Positions 16,795 to 25,800 of a stretch of DNA of 26,176 nt are shown here, in pieces; within the stretch, counting starts at the first letter, position 1, and each line of letters starts with the position of its first letter. The stretch comes from Myxococcota bacterium (lineage in GTDB: Bacteria; Myxococcota_A; Polyangia; Polyangiales; Houyiibacteriaceae). The DNA lies in the NCBI GenBank assembly GCA_039030515.1, contig JBCCEA010000048.1, positions 1 through 26,176 on the forward strand, read 5' to 3'. A program made the translations under genes and the position numbers. The notes under the pieces are model-generated. The model worked only from the letters and a program-made list of their open reading frames with translations. It had not been told where the DNA came from and searched no databases.

Positions 16795-17352
16795 ATGTAC
16801 GATCCGACCGAAGACAGGCCGGCTTCCTCGACGACCGAGGGCAAGCCATCCTCTCAGGCGAACAGCCCCGCACCTCTCGTAAGCGTAGCGATGGGAAGTC
16901 GCAGTGATCTCAAGGTGTTACAAGAGGCGCTGAACCTACTCGAAGCGCTGGGCGTGCCCCATGAAGCGATGATCGTCTCGGCGCACCGCACACCAGATTG
17001 GATGAACGAATACGCTAGGGACCTTGCATCGAGAGGCATCGAGGTGGTTATCGCGGCAGCGGGAGGCGCAGCCCACCTACCGGGCATGATCGCTGCCCAA
17101 ACCTTGCTACCGGTCTTGGGGGTTCCTGTGGAGGTGGGATCGCTCGGAGGGGTGGATGCCCTACTCTCGATCGTTCAAATGCCGCGAGGGGTCGCCGTCG
17201 GCACGCTGGCGGTGGGTCCAGCAGGAGCCTTCAACGCAGCACTCTTGGCCGCTCAGATCGTCGCAGGGTCAAGACCGGAACTAAAGCAACGCTTGGCGGC
17301 ATGGCGCGAGTCGCGACGCGCACACGTGATGGCCGACCGGAGCATCCGATGA
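16795..17352 (+). CDS. purE: N5-carboxyaminoimidazole ribonucleotide mutase
   Basis: MGSRSD, VSAHRTP, IAAAGGAAHLPGMIAA, PVLGVP, DALLSIVQMPRGV. Its stop overlaps the purK start (ATGA). Start chosen at the ATG at 16795. Confidence 0.96.
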   Translation: MYDPTEDRPASSTTEGKPSSQANSPAPLVSVAMGSRSDLKVLQEALNLLEALGVPHEAMIVSAHRTPDWMNEYARDLASRGIEVVIAAAGGAAHLPGMIAAQTLLPVLGVPVEVGSLGGVDALLSIVQMPRGVAVGTLAVGPAGAFNAALLAAQIVAGSRPELKQRLAAWRESRRAHVMADRSIR

Positions 17353-18503
17353 CCCAGGCGATCGCACCCGGAGGAATACTGGGCCTCCTCGGCGGTGGTC
17401 AGCTTGGCCGCATGGCGGCTCTTTCGGCTCGGTCTCTCGGTTATCGAGTGCATGCTCTCGACCCAAACCCCGAGTGCCCGGTGCGACCATTGTGCGAGCG
17501 TTTCTTCCACGCCTCTTTGGACGATCCCGATGCAGCCGCCCAACTGGCGGCCTCGGTCGACGTAGTCAGTATTGAGCGGGAGGATATCGGACTTGAAAGC
17601 CTTGCTGCAGTCGAGCGAGTGGCTCCACTTCGCCCGGGTCGCCACGTACTGCAGACGATCCAAAATCGCGGAGTCCAGAAGCAGTGGCTCAGGAGTCAGG
17701 GTGTTCCAGTGGGTCCTTTCGAAATACTCCGCTCGGTGAGAGATTTAGAAAGCGCTCAAAAACGTTTTTCTGGTCAGACGCGATTCAAGGCAGCCTGCGG
17801 TGGATTCGACGGGCGCGGACAGTGGTCCCCGAGCGAACTGCCTCAGCGCTCGTCGGGCGATCCGTTCTTCGAGGAGACTCAGGGCCTCATCGCAGAGCAA
17901 GAGCTGGAGCTTGCCGATGAGCTCTCGGTTCTGGTCGCTCGTTCGCCGAATGGGGAAACCAAAGCGTATCCGGCAGCCCATAACTTCCATTCCGAAGGGG
18001 CTCTCGAGACAAGCGTCTTGCCCGCCCTACTCCCCAGCTCGCTGCTGCTCCAAGCGGAAACGCTGGCGGTGGACATTACAAAGGCTCTCGATGTGGTCGG
18101 TCTCCTCGTGGTGGAACTATTTCATACTCGGAAGGGCGAGTTGCTCGTCAACGAACTGGCCCCTCGCCCCCACAATAGTTTTCACTCTTCTGAGTGGGCG
18201 TGCACTACGAGTCAGTTTGAGCAGTTGGTGCGGGCGGTGTGTGGGCTTCCTTTGGGCGACGTCAGCGTGATCACCCCTACGGCGATCGCCAACCTGTATG
18301 GGGATCTCTGGCTAGAGGGCAACGAAGAGCGGCTGATCGAGCTCCTCGGTGCTCCAGGGCTTCATCTGCGCCTGTACGACAAGTCTCCCCGCAAGAGGAG
18401 GAAGCTCGGTCATTTCGCCTGCACCGCAGCCACGCCGGAGTTGGCTCTACAGCGGGTAGAAACCTATCGTCAAAAACTCTGGGGCTCTGGATCAAAGACT
18501 TAG
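17349..18503 (+). CDS. purK: N5-carboxyaminoimidazole ribonucleotide synthase (ATP-grasp)
   Basis: LGLLGGGQLGRM, GGFDGRGQ, ELSVLVARS, NELAPRPHNSFH, TSQFEQLVRA, RKLGH; coupled to purE. Confidence 0.95.
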   Translation: MTQAIAPGGILGLLGGGQLGRMAALSARSLGYRVHALDPNPECPVRPLCERFFHASLDDPDAAAQLAASVDVVSIEREDIGLESLAAVERVAPLRPGRHVLQTIQNRGVQKQWLRSQGVPVGPFEILRSVRDLESAQKRFSGQTRFKAACGGFDGRGQWSPSELPQRSSGDPFFEETQGLIAEQELELADELSVLVARSPNGETKAYPAAHNFHSEGALETSVLPALLPSSLLLQAETLAVDITKALDVVGLLVVELFHTRKGELLVNELAPRPHNSFHSSEWACTTSQFEQLVRAVCGLPLGDVSVITPTAIANLYGDLWLEGNEERLIELLGAPGLHLRLYDKSPRKRRKLGHFACTAATPELALQRVETYRQKLWGSGSKT

Positions 18504-18559
18504 GTGAGAAGCGCACCGAATCTGCGCCAATCACTATTCACTCATAGCGTGGTACGTAC

Positions 18560-20572
18560 CTATCTTGCCGCTTCGGAAGAAAGCATTTCGACGACTGCAT
18601 GCCTACCGTGGCGCTTTGCATCATCGGCAGGGATGGTTCCCCAGCGGTCTCGAGCGTTGAGATTGGCACCGTTGCTTACGAGGTAACGCACGATATCGAG
18701 GTGGCCCTCTGCTGCTGCGAGATGCAAGGGGGTGCGAAAGTCGTAGTCTGCGCAGTCTAGGGGCACCCCTCGCGCCACCAACCGAAGCATCGCACGCAAA
18801 TCTCCGACAGCCGCCGCCCAGATGAGCTCAACCACCAAGTCCGGATCGGTCGTGACCGCCGCATTATCCGTCGGTGGAGCAAGGTCAGTCTGACACGGAC
18901 GGGTTCCTTCAGCGGCACCTGCGGCTCTTAAGAGCTCGACAACGTCGGAGCGCACATGGGTGATCGCATCATCGAGCGGTGTACCCCCCCAGCGATCGTG
19001 GACGTTGAGATCGACATGAATGCCGCGCTCTTTGAGTTTTAGGAAAAAAGCAACCATGGTCGCGCGCCCCTCGGCAGCAGCCAGATGAAGCGGTGTGCGA
19101 CCGTCGTAGTCCGAAACGTTGACGTCAGCACCGAGGGTAACTTGCCTTTGTATTGCAGAAACATCTCCCTTGGAAGCGGCCCAAATCAAACTGTGCACGT
19201 GTCGCGACTCCGCTTGAATCGAACTGACTCGCGGATCCGTCTTGCCCGCAGTGCCGGCGAGAATATCGTAGTTGTGAAAGTTAAATCGCTTTACCAAACC
19301 CTGACAAAACTTAATGCCTCTCACCGAGTTTCCGATCTCATCGAGTCGCGGTGACCAGCAGCAGAGTCCCATGACGTTCGGCACGACAACCCACAGGCCT
19401 CCCGAAACGCCGCTCTTTGCGGGCAGCCCTATGGTGAAGGCAAACTCTCCGGAGAAATCATACATGCCGCATGAATTCATCAGAGACAGGCAGTGCTGCA
19501 CCGTTGTGGTCGAAAACACCCGTTCTCCGGTGACGGGACAAATCCCGCCGTTTGCAAGCGTCGCGGCAACAGTGGCGAGGATTTCGGTGGTCACCTCCAT
19601 CGAGCAACATTGAAAGTAAAACTCGAGAACTTCGAAGAGATCGCTGTCCTTCGGAAACGCTCGTTTTTCACGCATGAAATGGCCTAAGGCAAAATTGCGA
19701 TCCGCTGTCTCACGCTCCGAAAGATATACCGAGTTGCTAAAACGCGGGGCCGTGCCGCCTGCCAAGGCCTTCCACCGCCCAAGGACGTAGTCGAAACGCT
19801 TGCCGGCCCAGCCTCGCAGGTCTCTGCCCTCATCGATTCGCTTACGCCGCTCCGAGAGGCGGATAAGGGAACAGGCCATGATCGCACCAGCATTGATAAG
19901 CGGATTGTGGGGTTTGTTCTGAGCGTTCAGTTTGATTTCATTAAAGCTCGCTCCACTTGGTTCACGCCCGATGAATCGATGGACCTCATCTGCACCGTGC
20001 TCCTCGAGCGCCAAACAGTAATTGATCGGTTTGCAGGTTGACTGAGCCGTAAAAAACACTTGGCTGTCGCCTACAGAGTATCTCTGACCGTCCACCGTGC
20101 AGAGAGAAACGCCGAACTGATCGACTTCGGGCTCCGGGAGCCGAAGCTGGGGAATGTAGTCCGCTGAAGCACCGGACCGACACTCGATGCACTGGCCGTA
20201 GAGCGCTTCGATTTCCGCACAGAACTGGCGAAAATCTGGGATCATTAGATTTCCCTGTAGCGCTCTTTCGATGAGCAAAATATTGTGCCTGACCGCCTCG
20301 GCAAACACATCCCCCGGAACGCCTCCGAGCCTCCGCGACCCTTGAGCCGCTTGCTCCCTTTCGTATCGACGAAGCGAGTCCATCGTCAGCGACACCCGGG
20401 GGTCGTCCATCCGAATGCCTGCCTCTTCGAGAGCAGCTTCCAGGTCGCGACGGTAGATCGTACCGTCTGACGAGACATCGAGGGCACGAAAAAGCCGCTT
20501 CTCCCGGAGGTCTGCATTGGAGAAGATTGATCCAGAAGCGGCCGAGCTCGATTTCAAATCATTCACCTTCAC
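18560..20572 (-). CDS. glsA: Glutaminase with EF-hand-like N-terminus and two C-terminal ankyrin modules
   Basis: ADYIPQL, catalytic QSTCK (SxxK), GREPSG, PHNPLINAGAI, FYFQCCS, CGMYDFSG, GLPAKSGVSGG, GNSVRG; two DYDxRTPLHLAAAEG...DRWG modules. GTG start. Confidence 0.95.
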   Translation of the reverse strand: MKVNDLKSSSAASGSIFSNADLREKRLFRALDVSSDGTIYRRDLEAALEEAGIRMDDPRVSLTMDSLRRYEREQAAQGSRRLGGVPGDVFAEAVRHNILLIERALQGNLMIPDFRQFCAEIEALYGQCIECRSGASADYIPQLRLPEPEVDQFGVSLCTVDGQRYSVGDSQVFFTAQSTCKPINYCLALEEHGADEVHRFIGREPSGASFNEIKLNAQNKPHNPLINAGAIMACSLIRLSERRKRIDEGRDLRGWAGKRFDYVLGRWKALAGGTAPRFSNSVYLSERETADRNFALGHFMREKRAFPKDSDLFEVLEFYFQCCSMEVTTEILATVAATLANGGICPVTGERVFSTTTVQHCLSLMNSCGMYDFSGEFAFTIGLPAKSGVSGGLWVVVPNVMGLCCWSPRLDEIGNSVRGIKFCQGLVKRFNFHNYDILAGTAGKTDPRVSSIQAESRHVHSLIWAASKGDVSAIQRQVTLGADVNVSDYDGRTPLHLAAAEGRATMVAFFLKLKERGIHVDLNVHDRWGGTPLDDAITHVRSDVVELLRAAGAAEGTRPCQTDLAPPTDNAAVTTDPDLVVELIWAAAVGDLRAMLRLVARGVPLDCADYDFRTPLHLAAAEGHLDIVRYLVSNGANLNARDRWGTIPADDAKRHGRHAVVEMLSSEAAR

Positions 20573-20746
20573 AAAAACGCCCCCTGTCGGCCCAACAACT
20601 CAACAAACCACACGCGGTAACAACCTTAGTTGTTGGTGTATCGCGGCCCTACGATATCACTCCATCTTTAGATTGCGTACCGCCGCAGAACAGAAACTCG
20701 AGAGGAAACTAGGCTAAGATCTAAGTGAGGCTAAGCAAGGATACTT

Positions 20747-20932
20747 TTAGACAGACTTGTTCACGTTGTTACCTTTTGCTGGATCCAATGAGGGCCGCGG
20801 TGCAGTGGACGACGTTTCTTCGATGAGCTTCAGCGCTGCCTCGCCAGACTGCTCCAGTTGGCTCTTTTGCCGAGAAAGAACCGCCGCCTCGATTTGTGCT
20901 CCCACCGGGAGCGAACTGTTGATTTCACTCAT
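20747..20932 (-). CDS. Small protein, YjfB (putative motility protein)-like, 61 aa
   Basis: MSEINSSLPVGAQIEAAVLSRQKSQLEQSGEAALKLIE...DPAKGNNVNKSV matches the AVL...A.xLI...G.N.(D/N) pattern I recall for YjfB-like proteins. Confidence 0.65.
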   Translation of the reverse strand: MSEINSSLPVGAQIEAAVLSRQKSQLEQSGEAALKLIEETSSTAPRPSLDPAKGNNVNKSV

Positions 20933-21082
20933 AGGCGGCGATTCGGACGCAACTCCTAAGTCCTTGAGCTGAACTACGAAACAAACCGTCATCCATCGGT
21001 CAAATCGGAACGCAGGCGTGCTCCGACCACCTCGCAAGCACCAGGCACCTCTCACTTAGGAAACAGAGGGTTCCGGCCACGG

Positions 21083-21432
21083 ACACACCGTACCAAGTAC
21101 GGATTGTCTAGGTTCCGTCCATATGGAAACCGTACCTCCCGCAAGGATGCAGAACCGTACCTGGTACGAGTTGTCTAGGTTCTGTTCATGACTGCAGCCG
21201 TGTGCTGCCGCACAAGCCATATTTAGCGCAGCTCGTCCAAGCATTTGAATGCTATACACTTATCGCTCCTCAGACAGAACATTCCCGCTTCAGATACACC
21301 GTACCTGGTACGGGTTGTCTAGGTTCTGTCCATATGGAAACCGTACCTCCCGCAAGGATGCAGAACCGTACCTGGTACGGGTTGTCTAGGTTCCGTCCAT
21401 ATCTAAAGGCACGAAAACCGTACCTGGTACGG
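21083..21432. repeat. Cluster of palindromic REP-like repeats with core ACCGTACCTGGTACGG
   Basis: Cores at 21087, 21154, 21298, 21365 and 21417, with half-cores at 21129 and 21340. A 67-bp internal period; the block at about 21083-21189 recurs at about 21294-21400. Confidence 0.92.
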
Positions 21433-21505
21433 CGTTGAGCCGACCGCCGAGCAGGGGGTGGGCGGTGCATCGGCGGAGACGGGCAAAACTTGTTAGGCTC
21501 TCGGG

Positions 21506-22378
21506 ATGGTACGTCTCATCTTGACCCATCCTGGTGGCGCACATAAGGACGATGCATTGGCCGCATGCGTGCTTGCGGCAACACATCAGGTCCCGATCGT
21601 GCGTCGCAACCCGACCCCCGAGGAGCTGGCGGATCCCTTGGTAGCCATCGTCGATATCGGCGGCAGCGACGACGCCGCCCTTCAGAACTTTGATCACCAC
21701 CAATATCCAGCAGACCATCCCCCCACCTGCGCCCTCAGTTTGGTGCTCATGCGCCTCGGCCTGTACGAAGATGCGCTGCAGTTCTGCGAATGGCTGCCGA
21801 CCGCCGAGTGGTTTGACAGCCGAGGTCCAAACCGAACCGCAGATTGGCTCGGCGTACCGAGGAAGGTCATCGCCAAACTGCACTCCCCGATAGACATCAC
21901 ACTCATGCGACGTTTTTCCGCCGCCAGCGAGCTGCGGCCGGGAGAAACCCTCTACGAGTTTATGAAGATGATCGGCGAGGACCTAATCGACTATCTGACC
22001 TCGATTCGAACGCAGATCGAAGAGGTGGCAGGCAAGGTCGAACACTGGACCCTCAGCTCCGCTGACGAGCCATTTCAGGCGGTATTTCTACCGAGAGTCG
22101 AACCAATCCCGGCAGAGCCGAGCGGTGCCCTGATGGCCTATATTCGCGACCGCAAGCTGAGCGCCACCACCGCAGCGATCGTCTATCCGGACCGGCGAGG
22201 GAGTGGCTATGGACTGACCCGCTACGACGATCACCCCCAACTCGACTTCAGGCAGGTATCCGCAGAGCCGGACGTGCGTTTTGCACACGCAAGCGGCTTT
22301 GTATGCAAGACAGAGGCTCAAAAGCCTGCCCGACTGCAAGAATTGCTCATTCAAGCCTGGATCCCACAACAGACTTAG
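21506..22378 (+). CDS. MYG1-like (DHH-type) metal-dependent hydrolase/nuclease
   Basis: ILTHPGGAHKDD, IVDIGG, NFDHHQ, C-terminal FAHASGF. Confidence 0.82.
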   Translation: MVRLILTHPGGAHKDDALAACVLAATHQVPIVRRNPTPEELADPLVAIVDIGGSDDAALQNFDHHQYPADHPPTCALSLVLMRLGLYEDALQFCEWLPTAEWFDSRGPNRTADWLGVPRKVIAKLHSPIDITLMRRFSAASELRPGETLYEFMKMIGEDLIDYLTSIRTQIEEVAGKVEHWTLSSADEPFQAVFLPRVEPIPAEPSGALMAYIRDRKLSATTAAIVYPDRRGSGYGLTRYDDHPQLDFRQVSAEPDVRFAHASGFVCKTEAQKPARLQELLIQAWIPQQT

Positions 22379-22841
22379 ACAACCAAGCACGTTTCGATAA
22401 CCGAGAACGATCAGGCCTCGGGGCACCGACAAATAGCCAGCAGTCACTCTGAATCCCTATTGCAGCGCCGCTCTGCTCGCCTGACTGCATTCCGTCCTCA
22501 GAGTCAACTGCGTTGGTCCTCGATTCGGCGCTGAGCAAACCCGACGTTGCGATGCTGCGCAAACCACGCTAGGCAGATCACGTCAGGGAAACACTCTCAT
22601 TTCCCTCATAAATTGAGCAAACGCGTCATCGAAAGCGCGTCATTTAGTCTGCGTCATTTGAGCAGAGAGGGATCCCTATGTGGTTTTCAAGATGCAGTTC
22701 AAGTGCAAACGGCTTTGAGCGTCTTTTCGATATATGCCCTATCGGGACAAAGGTCGGACTCTATGGCCTATTGCCGAGTTCACTCGTGGACGAGCTATCC
22801 GAGGCTGAGAATGCCTCCAAGCTGATGGAGGTTGCCAGCTC

Positions 22842-25800
22842 GTGATGAGAGGGATGCAACGAGGTTTTGGATCTGATTCCAACGAAGAAAAAAAGGAAGA
22901 AGAAGAAGAACCCGTCCACCGCCCCGCTAGCGACTCCTCATCGCTAGAGGAGGACCCTTACGGCAATGGCTCTACATCTTCAGTAAGCCCACCTACCCGG
23001 TCACCTGCACCGTCCGGCGACTCACCGGACGTTCGTCGACCCAACGCGTACCACCCAACAAAAAAAGCTCCAGACACGACAGCATTTTATCCAACTGCAG
23101 GTGAGTTTCGATTTCCCTGGGGAGATCCTCTTTGGGAAGACCTGATAAGCCAGCACGCGGTAGTCAAGAAACCGACCTCTTTTGCGCTTTCCACGTTCTA
23201 CCTTCCTTGGCTTTATCGGCAATGGGTCGCGACAAAAAACGCGCACGGCGCGCATAGAGCAGGCTTCAGAAAATCTCGTCCACCGCCTATCGACCGCACC
23301 ACTGCAATGGTGTCGTTAGTGGAACCTGGAACCAACATTTTTGGGGTAGATCCTCACAATCCATTTGCCGAAGGTTATTACAGCAACGCCCTGCAAGCGA
23401 GACTGAACGTACTTGCCCAGATTCTCTTTTTTGTGCCCTACGTGGGTCCCACTCTTTCCATGGGAATGAACGGTGCCAACCAGGCAAGTAGAACAGAGCG
23501 CCACCGGTACCACGAACAGCACGTAGCGGATCAAGCCAACGCAGACGCCTGGCAGGCAGTAGTGGAACATGAGCAGGAGGCACATCAAAGGTTAAAAGGC
23601 GCCCTCGAGAGCCGAGGAGGATGGAATCTCGAGTTCCTCTTAGAAATAGCAGGATTGGCTGTCGCGCGGCATAGACACGTTAATGCGATCCAAAACGCCA
23701 TAGCCAATCATGACTATACAGGCGCTGAAGAACATGCAAAGCAAGCCGTAGATGTACTGGCGCGCTATAACGCACTTCTCCTAGAAGATGTCGAAAACGA
23801 TAACGGGCGCCATTCTGCAAGAATCTCTGTTGATGACGCGACTCGTGTAAGAATCGAAAAGCTTCTGGGTAATCTCGACAGGAACGACTCTTTTCAGGGT
23901 CAAGTTTTCAACGCACTGAGTAAGTTCAAAGAGAGATCTAACGGGGACACAACTGCTTCGACTCCAACGAGTACAAGATCACGTCTCCGCACAAACGAAG
24001 ATAACCCCGAAGCTTTACGCACAGAATCACAGGCCAGTCTCAACATGCTTGTCCGTGCGCTCATTGAGGCTGAGCGAAGTCGATTTTATCGAGGGCAAAC
24101 TACACTGACTACAATCAGCAGCGCAGCTGAGTCCGCGGGTGCGATTCCGTTTTTCTATCTAACGGCTCTTTCTACAGCTTATTTCTCCATGGATGTTGTT
24201 TTCCAGTCGAGCGTTGCCGCGAGGGGAGTTTTTCTAGCGATCACCCTTGCAGCCCCTTATTTGGTATTCCTAACCAACTTCGCCTTCGCCGTGTACGGTG
24301 CGATAACCGCAGTCGAAACCACAAAGGCAATCGAACGACTGAAGGAAAACCTTCGCCGATTCAAAACGCATCTCCATAATCCGCCAGTCGATCCATCGGG
24401 GATTGGGGATAAGGCGTACGCGAAGACTTTGATCTGTACAGTCGAAGCACTGGTAAGATGCCTCGAACGGAAGAAAAGATTCGCTGCCATGGCTTTGGCA
24501 AGCTCGACCTTAGGACTTGTGTTCGGGGCGATAGGTTTCGCGAGCGCACCTCTACCGCCACTAAGCATTCCTCTGCTTGTGGCAGCCTTCGGTCTCCACG
24601 GCTTTAGCATCATTTGCTCGTTCGCAAGCTCCGCAAGCGCCCTTGGGACCGCTGCAACTGATGTAACACTGGGCAGTAGATTTGCCTGTTCCCAACAGTT
24701 CGTTGACTTCGAAGGACTTGAGCGAGATCTACAGAGACTACCCGCTCAGACCACGGGGGCGTCCACCCTGCTCGACCAGGCAAAGCAAGTATTTCCGGGG
24801 TACCTCCAGCAGGCAGAGCATTGTCTAGGATGGGTTCGCTTTTGGTACCTCTACAACCGTCACATTCGTCGGCACGCTCGGCAATCCTGGCGAAGTCGGT
24901 ACGACGAAAAGCTCTTCGCTACGCTGATCAGAAAGGCAGCGGCTCCCTATACCGACGAAGCGCACAAAACACTGAGAGAGACTATCCTATCGCTTCGGGG
25001 GAACAGACATCTCCAGCAAATCTTCGAGCGCCTTGAACAGAAACGCCGCGAGATCAGAGCATCTCTCCCGTCGAACGATTGGACCGGCCGGTCGCTTTGT
25101 ACCAGAGATGGCCAACTGCTTTCGAAGATTCGGGTCGCGTCGATCTCTGCCGTTCTCGAGTTCTTAATCACGGCAAAGGAGCAAGGGCCGACGAATGAAT
25201 GGCGTGATGTGGCGGGCAGCGCGAGCCAAGAGAAGTGCAAAAAGCTTTTAGGCTTTGAGGAAGCGTCACCCACAAATGCTCACTCGCCTTCGCCAGGCCG
25301 AAGGGAATATTTGGACGCGAATTGGGTCGGCACTCTCGAGAATCTCTACGCTCAATGTGAAAAACTAGGCATCGAAAATAATTTCTACGAAGAAATGGCG
25401 GAACGCGCCTTCATTCGTCACCACTATGGAAGAAACAATCCCCATTTCTGGTGGTTTAGGCTGGTCAAAATTAACCCGGGCGGAGACGTAGCGATCTGGC
25501 CTGGAATAAACTCATTTGCCTACGGAAAAGGAGTGCAAAGAGACGGGCGCGCACGTTTCAATCACCACAACACAAAACACGCATATATCTTCAAAATTCG
25601 CGAGTTCCTAGAGCATCTAAAGTATGTGTATGGTGAACAGGAAGCGACGCCGACTAATTTCGATAGTCGTAAAGTGCCGCGGTGGGAAAACTACACAAGT
25701 CATAAACAGTTGTGGAACATAGGTGCTGATCCTACAAGACCTCCCAACTGCAGAAAGTATGGGCATCAATATCCAGCAAACTATGCACCGGACGGATTCT

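Noticed and set aside
7167..20470. Numerous short antisense or alternate-frame ORFs within the long genes
   Set aside because: Expected shadow ORFs in GC-rich DNA; Arg/Ser/Pro-rich and fully overlapping well-supported genes.
21083..21432. CRISPR array (36-bp repeat plus 31-bp spacer)
   Set aside because: The spacers are identical or irregular and contain part of the repeat; there is no leader or cas gene in the window.
21056..21470. Small ORFs of 66-78 aa across the repeat cluster
   Set aside because: They are translations of the DNA palindromic repeats, with no RBS or protein-like features.
22547..22825. 92-aa ORF as chaperone or immunity partner of the 1077-aa protein
   Set aside because: TTG start without an RBS, no recognisable motif, and it overlaps the putative regulatory boxes.
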